The notes under the pieces were generated by a model, which worked only from the letters and a program-made list of their open reading frames with translations, made no database searches and had not been told where the DNA came from. Shown piece by piece: positions 50,696 to 62,610 of a stretch of 64,000 nt of DNA (position 1 is the first letter of the stretch; each line of letters opens with the position of its first letter). The position numbers and the translations under genes are program-made. The stretch comes from Trichodelitschia bisporula (Eukaryota): assembly GCA_010356995.1 (NCBI GenBank), contig ML996694.1, positions 929,224 through 993,223 on the forward strand, written 5' to 3'.

Positions 50696-51239
50696 CTATG
50701 ACCCACCTCCGGACATCAGCCGCTCAAAGCTGATGCTCAACAACTCAAGCGTATTCCCCCATGGATCCCTCAGATAGAGCGCATCGTCATCCGGCCCAAC
50801 CTTGACCGTCTTCCCCACCAACTCGCCTCCCGAAGCCACGATCCTCTCCGCCACGGCATCTGGATTCGGCACCGTGAACGCAGCATGAAAGAAGCCACCG
50901 CGCTCGAACTCAAAATCCGCCGATGGCTTCTTATACGCCGGCTCGACGAACTGGAATAATTCGACGCCGACGCCGTTCCCGGCGCTTAGGAAGGCAACGT
51001 TGACGCGCTGCAGGCGCTCGGGGTAGACGGCGAAGATGGCGGCGGACGGGTCTTTGCTCTTGTCGTAGGAGGCGTTGGGGCGCAATTTGGTGAGGCCGAG
51101 GTGGGTTGTGTACCATTCTACGCCGGCGTCAAGGTCGGGGACGGAGATGGCGACGTGGTTTACGGCGAAGGGGTGGGGGCGGGAGGTCTGCTGGTTAGCT
51201 AGGGTAGGTCGGGGCGGGTAGGGAGGAGCGTACGGCCAT
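50696..51239 (-). CDS. VOC/glyoxalase/bleomycin-resistance family protein
   Basis: 6-nt first exon (ATG GCC), intron 51233-51188. Motifs 'NHVAISVPDLDAGVEWY', 'GVELFQF', 'FFHAAFTV' and 'YLRDPWGNTLEL', giving H/E/H/E metal ligands. Confidence 0.88.
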
Positions 51240-51848
51240 GATGAGGGTGGTTTGCTGCGTCCTCGCGGCGATCTGAGCGGGCCAGTCCGGCGATTGGGAG
51301 TCGTTCGGCAGGGATTCCGAGTTTGGTGGGCTGGATATTTCTCCGGTCGGGGATCTGGGGTCGAGGGGGGAAGTGGGGGTTGCTGGTGGTGATCAAGGCT
51401 TCATTGCTACAGTAGTTATATAGAGCCTTGTCTGTCCCTTGCCACGGGTTGCGATTTTCGGATGTACATAGCCGGAATGCCAACATGGCCCCTCATCCTT
51501 TATGGATGTGGACGTTCCTATGACCGCTGCGAACGTCCTATGACCGCGCCTTCGCGCCTGCTTCGCGATCTGGGACTAATCAGAATAGTTTGCGCAGTGG
51601 TTGCTGCGGGCGGGATATGCAGCCCGTCAACGGCGTAGATGTGGCTTCAGCCTTCCCGCCGACTTAAGCGAACATCATGCGTGAACTATGGCGCCATATG
51701 CAAAGCATACCGAAGTAAGCGGGAACTAGAAACATGCAAGATATAAATGCTATAGAAAACCCTCTCGCACCCCAATTAGGCCCTTCCACAGTATACACAT
51801 GGGAGTCATGAAACGACACGGTCAAGTCGCGTCAGAATGTCACATAAA

Positions 51849-51883
51849 CCCCGCCAGGGCACCCCGGACCCCGCCAACCCCAC
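51849..51883 (-). promoter_or_regulatory. Cluster of four CreA/Cre1 (SYGGRG) consensus sites upstream of the PL4 gene
   Basis: Minus-strand GCGGGG (51849-54), CCGGGG (51862-67), GCGGGG (51869-74) and GTGGGG (51878-83). Confidence 0.5.
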
Positions 51884-52209
51884 ACCACGGAAAGGCACCC
51901 GAGCTGCTTTACGCTTAACGGCTGACTTCATCTGCACAGGGCGACGTCTCTTCCGGCCACCTCTCGTCTTCCGTCCGTTGCCCTACCGCCTGTTCCTGCA
52001 CGTCAGAGCGTGAATCTGCTTCTAGAAGCCCATCCCGCCGCCGTTATTGCGCCGGGATCAAGGGCAATGGATATTAATCGGGCGACGATGAGGCGGGAAG
52101 CTTCAAAAGGACGTATAGACGTAGCAGTATGCGGTGTGGTTTCCAGCTCGTTGATCCATCCATTGCGCCCTTCACTGGCTAAGAGCTGCGATTCTCCTCC
52201 CTACGAGCC

Positions 52210-54011
52210 ATGGCAGTCCTTCGTTTCTGGCTCTGGGCCCTCGTCCTCGCCGCCGCCAGCGCGCTGGCCAAACCCGGCGATCCATTCTTTAAGAAGCTCA
52301 ATGAGAAGACGTATCAGCTGGGGAATGACTTCTGGAACGTGACCGTCATCGGCGGCTTCGGCAAGCGGCTGATGTACAACGGCGTGGACCTGGTGGGCAA
52401 CGCGTCGGGGCACTACGTGAGCTACAGTGTGTCTCCTCCCTCACGAGTCTGTTCTCGAACCTAACCCAGGTCTCAGACGGCGCGGCCAACAACTTGTCCT
52501 GGAATCTGAGTCCCCCGCGCATCGTCCGCAAGTCCGGCGAGTACACAGACATCATGTTCAGCGCCGCCGAGGGCGACATGCACTGGGTGCTCACGCCCAC
52601 CCTCCTCGGAGCCTACCAGTACTTCGTGAACCGCGCCCTGCCCCGACTAGGCGAATTCCGCACCCTCTGGCGCCTTTCCAACGACACCTTCACGCACGGC
52701 TGGACAACCGAGCGTGACGCCCCGCTCGCCCGCCTAGCCGAAATGCAAGAAGCGACGCAGAAGACAGGCGACGAAACCTGGGTCAACGCGCAAGGCGTAT
52801 CCTTCACAAAGTACGATCTCTCAACCTTCCTACCGAACATCGAAGGCGAACCAACCGTCTGGGGCATATACGGCAAGATGCCGAAAAGCGGCGAGGGGAT
52901 CGGGTCATGGTACATCCACGGCGGGAAGGACTATCTCAACGGCGACCACCTTAAGCAAGAACTCATGATCCACCGCGAATCCATCACCGGCGACGCAGTC
53001 CAACTGAACATGATCCACGGCACCCACTACCAAGCCCGCAGCAACGACGCCTTCGCTCCGGGCAAGACTTGGGGCCCTTGGCTGTGGTACCTGAACAACG
53101 GGTCCGCAGCCGACGCCCTCGCGCGGGCTAGGACCGAAACCGCGGCCTGGCCGTACCCCTGGCACGCCGACGAACGCGGGTACGCCTCGCGCGGCGCGCT
53201 CTCCGGCAGCCTGCGTCTGAGCGACGGCCGCCCCGCGTCCCGCGCCGCTATCTTCCTAGGCGACACCAACGCCACAGCACCCACGCTCGACCAGGGCGAA
53301 GGATACTACTACCGCACCTACGCCGGCGCAGACGGGTCCTTCCACATCGCCCACGTGCGCGCCGGGAACTACACGCTGCACGCGTGGCCGGGCGTCGGGA
53401 GCGGCATCGGCGACGTGAGCACCGTATTTCGGGCTCCCGTCACCATCCGCTCAAACGGTAGCGCGACTGCACTCGATGCGTTGTCCTGGGTTGTGCCGAA
53501 ACATAAGCCGTTGTTTCAGATCGGCGCGCTGGATCGTACGGCTACTGGATTTGGGCTTGCGGGGGGGAGGCACGAGCATGCGCGGGCGAGGGGGTGTCCT
53601 GCTGCGCTGAACTTCACGGTGGGCGTGGATGGAATGGAGAAGTGGTGTTTTGCGCAGGGGCAGCCGGGGACGTGGGCTGTAAGGTTTAAGGCGGGACCTG
53701 GTGATGTTGGACCCGCGACGCTGACGGTTAGTCTGGCGGCGTATAGTGCTGGGGCTTCGGCGGGAGTGTATGTTAATGACGAGCGGGTTGGGGAGCTGGG
53801 TCCGCGGACGCTGGGGCCGGGGGATCCGTCGCTTTATCGTTCGGGCACGTTGGCGGGGGAGTGGCGGTTCTTGGAGTGGCCGGCGAAGGTTAGGGAGGGG
53901 GAGAATGTGGTTGAGTTTAGGATTGCGCCGAATTCGAGGGATAAGGCAAATGCGGCGAATATTGCTATGAGGGGGTTTATGTGGGATAGTGTGCTTTTGA
54001 GGTTGAATTAG
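52210..54011 (+). CDS. Secreted rhamnogalacturonan lyase, polysaccharide lyase family 4
   Basis: Signal peptide; intron 52427-52476. Motifs 'LGEFRTLWRL', 'TKYD', 'YLNGDHLKQELMIH', 'MIHGTHY', 'WGPWLWYLN', 'VRAGNYTL' and 'YRSG...GEW'. Confidence 0.9.
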
Positions 54012-54232
54012 GCATATGAGAGGCGATGTACGCTGTCGCGTCATCTAAAAAGGTGTCATCATGTACTTGTGAGAGAACGTCACCTACAGCTTTCACTAAC
54101 GGGCTGCAACTGTGGTGAGCGCCTGGTAGATCATAGTCTCTCATTGTAGAAACGATTAGTATGTTAGATATGAATCCAAGGATAGTAACTCCGGCACCTG
54201 TACCTCACTCACTCATACATACACCCCCCATC

Positions 54233-55231
54233 CTACCTTACGCCCGTATTCCCCAAAAACTGCTCCCCCAGCAACCTCGCCAACGGCCTGCGCCTAGCCT
54301 CCCCACCCCCCTCCACAGGGGTCCCCGCAGCATTCTCCCCCTCCAACCTCCGCCTCAAAATCTCCATCTGCCGCGCGCCCCCTCCCCGCCCATGCCCGCT
54401 CTTCGCTTCCTGTCCAACCATCCACCCCGGGACCCGCCACGTCGTGCCCGGCAGCACCTCGTTCCTATACGCATACCCGACGGCCCAGCCCACGGCGGCG
54501 GGGAGGATGGTGTGTGGGAACTGTGAGAGGGCGAGTTGCAGCGGGATGAGGTAGGAGAGGGATTTGGAGGATAGGGTTATTGTTTGTGTGCGTAGGGCAT
54601 TGAGGGCCTGGGAAGGGGAGGGCAAGGTGGTTTGCTGTGAGGGGGTGCGGTCGGCGGCGGCTGCACTGGTGCCGATGCGGTACTGGTAGGACGCCGGGAT
54701 GGCGGCGTGGTATTGTGCAAGGAGGGCGAAGAGCAGGGCTGTTGGGCCGGCGGGGAGGTAGTTCGCGTGGCCGAGGGTGAGGGGGCGGAGGAGGGATAGG
54801 AGGAGGGGGGGGAGGAGGAGGGTGTATGGGAGAGCGAGGAGGAGGAAGGACTGTGCGGTTAGCTGGGCGTGTATATGCGTGGGAGGAGACGTACGGCAAA
54901 CTTCCTACTGCCCCAGAGGCGCTCGATGATGCGTAGGTTGTAGAAGGTTGTGGCGGCGAAGAGGACCTCGGTGGAGTTGGTGTAGCAGGTCTGACGGGGT
55001 TAGTGACGTACCCCGCTGTGCACTGCGATGTGCTATCGAGTGAGGGATGGTGAGGCGACTTACCTGCCACGCCAGAAGGCGCCAGTACTGTCCCCATCCC
55101 CAGAGATGCGGGACGATTTGGATATAGAAGTAGTACTTGGTGTCGGTTATGCTTGCTACGATGGATGAGGCGACGACCCAAAAGACCAGGACCTTGGAGA
55201 CGGGCGCGCTGTTGAAGCCGGATGTTATCAT
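54233..55231 (-). CDS. DSC2: Rhomboid-like pseudoprotease, Dsc E3 ligase complex subunit Dsc2/UBAC2-like
   Basis: 'SGFNSAPVSK', 'PHLWGWGQYWRLL', 'IIERLWGSRKFASF' and 'GPTALLFALLAQY'. Introns 55063-54991 and 54894-54851. Confidence 0.8.
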
Positions 55232-55699
55232 TTTATGGGTGGATGTGGCATTCTAGACCAAAAATGAGGAGCAATGCCTTCGTTCTATGAAAGTATAAGG
55301 TGAAGGAGGGGGGTGGTTCTGGATGGGGCGTGTCAACACGTGTCACATGTTAAGGAAGTGGTGACATAACGTCAGCCAGAGCTTATGCCTTATATATAGG
55401 GTGTCAATCGAAAGTGAATACTGGAGTCTGATCCCTCAGTTATCCGCCGCATGAGTCTCGTTGAAGATTTTTACAGTCTCAGAAAGCAGGGAATGACTAC
55501 TCCGACCGAGAAAATAAAGTCCCAATCTTATGATACTGCCAGTCCTTCTCAACCCGTCGTGCATATCGTGCAAATTCCCCAACACTAGCCATCATCTAAA
55601 GGACCGAACGATAATTTGAGACACGCAGTTCCCCACCACTGTCTGAACGAGTAGTCAACCATATGAGGTAAAGACGCCATCTATCCAAGTAGCCATGTC

Positions 55700-56796
55700 T
55701 CAACGGGTCAATAAATACCATAAAGCCAAACCCATAACAACAGCCACCAATATAACCCGACCGCAGCCAGCCTCACTGTCGTCGGGATCATCTTGTCTAT
55801 CCTCTGGGGATGTATACGTCTGCCAGTAAGGAGCGGTGTGCTGAGACCAGACTTCATTCTGGGTTGGCGCCGTAGGTAAACGGTTATGTGGCGGAGCAGG
55901 TGGCACATATGTAGGAGAGCGGGCAGCCGTATAGTACACGGTGGCTGGCTTGATTCCTAGACGCTCCTCGGCCGACACCTTCGGGATAGTCCCATAGTTC
56001 CACGTGCCCGATGGACCGGTTTCCATCCGACGTGCTTCCGCAGCCGCTGATAGCGCGCCTAGTAGCGGTTCCTGGTGGTTGGCTCGGATCATCGCCTCAA
56101 GAGTCTGAGGGCTTCGTGATTCAACTTCGATATTCGGGGTACCAATCCAAGGATCGGCGAAGGAGTCATCAGTGGGCGTCAAGGCCTCCCAATGTGAGAA
56201 TTGTAGTCGATCAAGAGGGGCGGTGACTACATCGGCAGGAGGCTGGCGGAAATCACTGTGCGCCAGGAGCTCAGCGAACGAGGCCTTGCAAATCTTGGGG
56301 TTTTCGCTGGAATATGATCTGAACAGCCGAGAGTCAAGCTCATGGTGCCTGGATATGTTGATGTAGCTCTTTTTGCGCAGCTTTGTCATGTTTTCGAGCA
56401 AGAGGACCATGCCGTTGTCCGGATGGGGAGGACTCGGGTGGATGGGCAGGTATTTTCGTCGTATGTGCTCCTTTGAGTGCTTTTCGAGGAGATCTTGCTC
56501 CTTGAAGGAGGTCATCTGCCCGAGTGTTAGTTCTAGTTGACAGCAGAGAGATATGACTGGAGGTGGAGCTTGAGCCGACGTACCCCCATGACGATAGCCT
56601 TATTGTTTCTCATGCTCGCCCAGAGAACAAGGACCGGGTGATTGAAGAAGCCATCTTCGAGGTGTTCAACCACCAACAGATCATGATCCGAGATCTCGTT
56701 GCGGGAAGGCATCCACAAAACCGCCCTCTCCTCCACCACACAAGCCGTCGAGAACGATCCATGGCGCTGAACACGATCCTTGCGGCCCTTTGACAT
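55700..56796 (-). CDS. Hypothetical protein of about 342 aa: N-terminal MazF/PemK-like domain, low-complexity linker, C-terminal TM anchor
   Basis: Exon 56796-56584, intron 56583-56516 (gtacgt...ctaac...cag), exon 56515-55700. Motifs 'VLWMP...NHPVLVL...VMGMTSF...YLPI...LRKKSYIN'. Tail 'VILVAVVMGLALWYLLTR*'. The 5' start is uncertain. Confidence 0.65.
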
Positions 56797-57675
56797 GACG
56801 CCGACGTTTTCCTCACACACTTACCGGGCAACAGCGTCCCCACTCGAGTTTAAAAGCAACCTGCTAACGAGCTGATCAGGTCCGTTCCCCATGGCGGGGT
56901 CTTACAATCCGCTGGCGGACGCCTGCAGCAACGGAGCCTTATGAACGGCTGTGCCGCTGCGAATGAAACGCCGCCTCGCACCCGGGGTGCTAGCGGAAAA
57001 CGAGAGGTTGACAGGCGCGCTGGACGCGTTCCTGGGAGATACAAGAGCTCTCAGCGGGTACCGCTGCGCCGCAAGCGCGGGGAGGACTTCATGCGAGGCA
57101 TACACTTGGCTCTTCGAGGACATTCTGTCGCCATACTTGATTCCAACCTCCAGCTCTGGTGAACTCATCAGGTACATGGTCGGGAAGATGGTCGATTGTG
57201 GTTGGAGGAGATGAGTGTAGAACTGCTCCAATGAAACAACCCGGTGAATACTCCGTTACCGATCAAGGGCCATTTGAAAATGTCGTTTGCCGCCCCGTCC
57301 GCAAAGCGTCTAGGGACAACGGCCATCACTGTTCGGATGACCCTTGCACCTCGAGCCAGCTTGAAATGGCGGACCGCAGCCGCACAACCCGACGAACAAA
57401 CGAAACGAAATGAAATGGGTTGATGAACAAGCACGTGCAAGACACAAGAGCAATGATGATTCTAAAACGTTTGATTCGCTACGCAACTCTGCCATAGGAG
57501 TACACCGAAGTCACTTAGCTTTTCATCACCCGCCTCAAATCATGATCAGGAAACATTAAACCGTAAACCCATGCAGATGCCTGTTCAATGGAGGCCAGCA
57601 ATGTCCATAACTCCTAACCGCCCGTAGAACCAGTGTTGTCTATCGCAGAAAAGAGATGCTGAGCTCAGTGACCGT

Positions 57676-59686
57676 TTAGTCGACCTCCTCGACGGTCGGG
57701 CCGTCGTCGTGGCTGCCGGCACCGGCGCCACCAGGAGCAGCACCGGGGAAGCCGCCGGGAGCACCACCCGGACCACCCTCGCCGCCAGCACCGTAGAACT
57801 TCATCATAATGGGGTTGGCGACCGACTCGAGCTCCTTCTGCTGGGACTCGTACTCGTCCTTGGTGGCTTGCTGGTTGTCGTCGAGCCAGGCAACAATCTT
57901 GTCGATCTCAGCCTTGAGCTTCTCCTTGTCGCCAGCATCGAGCTTCTCATCAACCTTGCCGTCGCTCATGGTGTTCCGCAGCGAGTAGGCGTAGCTCTCG
58001 AGAGCGTTCTTGGCGGAGATGCGAGCAGCCTCGGCCTCATCCTCAGCCTATGAAGAAGTTAGTATAATGGCCAGTGAGACATTGTCAAGTGGGGTAGATG
58101 CTTACCTTGTACTTCTCGGCTTCCGCAAGCATGCGCTCAATGTCCTCCTTGGACAGGCGGCCCTTGTCGTTGGTGATGACAATCTTGTTGGACTTGCCAG
58201 TGCCCTTCTCGACGGCAGAGACGTTCATGATACCGTTGGCGTCCAGGTCGAAGGTAACCTCGATCTGGGGAACGCCGCGAGGCGCGGGAGGAATGCCAGT
58301 GAGCTCGAACTTGCCGAGCAGGTTGTTGTCCTTGGTGCGAGCACGCTCACCCTCGAAGACCTGGATCAGGACGCCGGGCTGGTTGTCGGAGAAGGTCGAG
58401 AACACCTCGGACTTCTTCGTCGGGATCGTGGTGTTGCGCTTGATCAACGGCGTCATGACACCACCAGCGGTCTCGATACCCAGCGACAGTGGAGCGACGT
58501 CGAGGAGGAGGATCTCGTTGGTCGACTTGGACGAGGTGTCACCCGAGAGGATAGCAGCCTGGACGGCAGCACCGTAGGCAACGGCCTCATCAGGGTTGAT
58601 GGACTTGTTGGGCTCCTTGCCGTTGAAGAAGTCGGACACAAGCTTCTGGATCTTGGGGATACGGGTAGAACCGCCGACCAAGACGATCTCGTGGACGGTA
58701 GACTTGTCGATCTTGGCATCGCGCAGGACACGCTCGACCGGCTCCATGGTGGAGCGGAAGAGATCCTGGCACAGCTCCTCGAAGCGAGCACGAGTGATCG
58801 AGGTGTAGAAATCGATACCCTCGTACAGAGAGTCGATCTCGATGGAGGTCTGGGCCGAAGACGACAGAGTGCGCTTGGCACGCTCGCAAGCAGTGCGGAG
58901 ACGACGCAGAGAACGAGCGTTGGTGGTCAGATCCTTCTTGTGCTTGCGCTTGAACTCGTTGACAAAGTGATTGACCAGGCGGTTGTCGAAGTCCTCACCA
59001 CCCAAATGGGTGTCACCGGCGGTGGACTTGACCTCGAAGATGCCCTCCTCGATGGTCAGCAGAGAGACATCGAAGGTACCACCACCGAGATCGAAGATGA
59101 GAACGTTGCGCTCGCCAGTGGCCTTCTTGTCGAGACCGTAGGCGATGGCAGCCGCAGTAGGCTCGTTGATGATACGCAGAACGTTGAGACCCGCAATGAG
59201 ACCAGCATCCTTGGTAGCCTGGCGCTGAGAGTCGTTGAAGTAGGCCGGGACCGTGATCACAGCGTTGTTGACGGTACCACCAAGGTAAGACTCAGCGGTC
59301 TCGCGCATCTTCGTGAGGATCATGGAGGAGACCTCCTCAGGAGTGAAGGTCTTCGTCTCGCCCTTGAACTCGATCTGAACCACCGGCTTGCCACCCTTGT
59401 CGGCGACCTTGAAGGGGAAGTGCTTGATGTCGGCCTGGACCTCAGCATCGCTGAACTTGCGACCGATCAAACGCTTCGCATCGAAGACAGTGTTGTGAGG
59501 GTTCATGGCGACCTGGTTCTTGGCGGCATCACCGATGAGGCGCTCGGTGTCGGTGAAAGCGACGAAGGAGGGAGTCGTGCGGTTGCCCTGATCGTTGGCA
59601 ATAATCTCGATGCGATCATCACGGTAGATACCGACGCAGGAGTACGTCGTACCCAGATCTATGCCGACAGCAGGACCCGAAGACAT
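57676..59686 (-). CDS. HSP70: Cytosolic heat shock protein 70 (Ssa type)
   Basis: 'GIDLGTTYS', 'DLGGGTFD' and C-terminal 'GPTVEEVD'. Intron 58105-58048; strong codon bias. Confidence 0.98.
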
Positions 59687-59888
59687 GATGGGTGGTTGTG
59701 TGGTGAAGATTTAAGTGTTTGAGTGCGGGGTGTATGTGGGGGTGATGGAGGGGCAAAGAGAGCTTCGAAATGTAGTGTGTGAACGCTTGTGTGGGAGAAA
59801 AAGCAGTTCGATGAGTTTGTGGGAGAGGTTTGCCTGAGAAGATGCTCAAGAGAATTGAAGGTTCGGTTGGGGAGGGTGAATGGATGGG

Positions 59889-59954
59889 TTTATGTACAAG
59901 CAAGAGCTTTCTGGCGAAGCTTCCAGCAGTGTTCGATGCACTTCTCTAGACTTC
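59889..59954 (-). promoter_or_regulatory. HSP70 promoter: TATA-like TACATAAA and heat-shock-element-like nGAAn array
   Basis: TACATAAA on the minus strand at 59889-59896. GAAgcTTC at 59916-59923. TTC triplets at 59932, 59942 and 59952 have exact 10-bp spacing. Confidence 0.6.
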
Positions 59955-60898
59955 CATGTCAGGCTACGACCGGCGGCAGAAACACCAGGCACGGGCTAGC
60001 CTCCACTTTGCTCACCAGGGCAACAAGCGATCGATGATTCACCTTCCTGTTTTTGGGAGAAGAATTCACTTGCAGATGCCAGTTGATTCTAGCACATTGT
60101 AGTAGTAATCGCCCCTTTCTCCATGAAGCATTTTGCAGTATGTCGCATGCTCTCGTGCTTGCCCACCAAACAATCCAGGCCTTTTTTTCTTCTGTGCAGG
60201 CAGCCATAAGGCACACGCGCACCTCAAATCTTTGTGGCTGAGCTCGCTGTATTTGGACTAGTTCTAGTTGCAAACAGAGAAGCAGAGAATTTGAGCTCTT
60301 GGCAGCTGCCATCCTGTTGCCCAGTGACGCAAAGCAACCGCATCTCAGGATGCACACGATGGAAGGCGAACGCTTCGCCACATAATTCCGCTGATCTTGA
60401 TTGGCGTACACCAGCCTCCCAGGCCGCAAGGCGGCACGCATAGAAGCTTCCGATCCTGCTCCGGCAGTTACCGCACTACCTCGGACTCGGCTTCCGAGCA
60501 GTTCTTGGGCTGACCAACCCGCAGGTGAGCTTGATGTGGACCATATGCTCAGGGTTCCAGAGCAAAATTCGCAACGTAGGCCCCACTTCATGGCTTTTCT
60601 ACCTGTGGTCCGTACATGATCATTCGCTTTCGAACATCATTCCATATGAATCATCCTCCGTCCTTGATGTGCAGTTGTCCAACCAGGGTTCCATAGATTG
60701 TGCCATGCCGATACCGATATTGTACCCGTCAACCCGAGAGGTTCATCACAAACCGGGCCGACATCAGTGAGACCTGTCCCGATTCCCACAGTTGTTGGCA
60801 TATACTTCACTGAACGAACTCCGGCTTTGCAGTAGACCCAGGGGGACCGGCTCAGTCGAGGCTTCGGTACTGTACGTTGCGTATCTCACGGGTGCCAT

Positions 60899-62407
60899 CT
60901 ACATAGCGAGGTAGAACAAGCCAAGTGTCAAATCCCACCGGTTCCGGGGCCGACGCAGATTCCTGATCCAAATGTAGGCACGGAAGCTCATCGACGGGCC
61001 GGATCGAGTTCTACTGTCCAGCGGCCCTATGGTTTTTCTGAGGATGAGCAACCAGAAAGATGTAGCCGCTCCCACCCCGGAGCCGCCCATTATCCTGGAT
61101 GTGCAAGCACTCCCAGTGGATTCGGTGTACGGCGCGATGGATCTCTCGAAGACAACCTTCGCATCATCTTTGTCAAGAAAGAGCGGCATTATCACGGTAT
61201 TTCGAACTGAAGTCACCCAGTGCGGGTTTCGAGCACACTGAGTGACGATATGGGGGATGCTTCCAACCACCTTGCGGCACAACATGTAGAGAAGCGGCCC
61301 GTATTTGCGACGAGAAGTTCTTAAAGGTCCAGATGCTACAGGTCTTAGCACTCTGAGGGGCAATCAATCGGATCGAGGTATTCAACTGGTTGACCTATTT
61401 CGGCGTTCCTCAACGTCAAGCCAGCCCAATTGTCGGCCAGATAGCCACATCGCAGGTCGCCTAGCCGGTGCAATGTGTTCATAGAAGGTACCCAGGAGGT
61501 CATTATCAACCAGTCAGTGATACTGTAGTGAAGGTGACCAAAAGCTCGGTCTTTTGCTGGAACGTGAGACGGACGCGGCCGGAGTTCTTGCACGGCAGAT
61601 TGCCCACGAACTACACAGACAAGCCAACACTCGATGCAAGGTGGCTAGTCTGACCGCAGCCGTCTCGAAGTTGGGCCATACGGTTCTGCCATACTACATT
61701 GTGTAGGGCGATTGCCGACCCTATTGGGGCAAGGTGACAAGTACCCTCCTGTGGGAGCATATGAATCGGTTGAGGGTATTGCAACAGGACATGAAATTCC
61801 CGCTCTATTTCCTCGTCGACTTGGGTAGGCAGTCGCGGAAGTTTGGGATGAGCAGGAGTGTCTTGTGCCCTGCGCTCTGTACTTGGTCGGCGAAGATGAT
61901 TTGCTCCATGCTTGCTACTTCGAGCTCGGAGAAAACGAACTGTTTGATTTTGGCGATTCGCTGGGGTTGAGGTGAAGAACGTAGGGGAAATTTTGTCGGG
62001 GAGCAGATGCAGTGTTGGGATATTTCGTGTTCTCCTAGTCCAACTGGGTATGCTTCCTTCAAATGGTGGTGGTAATTTCGTTGAAGTCCTCCCCAACTCC
62101 CTTATCAGATTCATCGCTTCCAGTGCTGCCGAGCGCTCTTAATGCATGTTAATCTTCTTGGCTTGATGCAAAGCCGGTCGAAGTCAGTTATCGCATATCT
62201 GAAATCTGGTATGCCAAAGAGTGACCTCTCACCTATCACGCTTCCAGCACAGAATTTCAGATTTAATCCATGAGTCTCTCGAGTAAAAAGCCTCTGACGA
62301 AGGTCACTGCTCCTACTCTTATCTTCGAGGGAGATATGGCAAGGTGTTAGTGATACTTCCCCATCAAAGTCATGCAGCGATATCAAATTGATGCCTGAGG
62401 CATACAT
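60899..62407 (-). pseudogene. Possible degenerate or highly spliced gene (unrecognised)
   Basis: A chain of short protein-like minus-strand ORFs in shifting frames with some splice-like motifs. I could not build a continuous model or recognise a family. Confidence 0.2.
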
Positions 62408-62610
62408 GGCGCCTATGACGCACTTGTTGCGGCAGCCTCGCAGTTGCAGGAACGCGTGAAGGAAAGCAGCATTGGTATCCTTGGAACTGATTTACACATG
62501 CTTCCCCGCTTCACCTCATAAACTTATACTTGACTTCCTTCTCGTACATAAAGTACCTCCGAGCTTGCTCATTACTTCACCCCCAATTCGAGATCAAGCG
62601 CTTGCGCACG

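Noticed and set aside
50696..54011. VOC + PL4 genes as a metabolic cluster or horizontally acquired island
   Set aside because: Only two genes, both with normal fungal introns, no flanking repeats or mobile-element traces, and no evident pathway link.
58010..59722. 570-aa antisense ORF overlapping HSP70
   Set aside because: This is a well-known by-product of HSP70 codon bias: few TTA/CTA/TCA codons mean no antisense stops. Such ORFs have historically been misannotated as glutamate dehydrogenase. There is no independent support.
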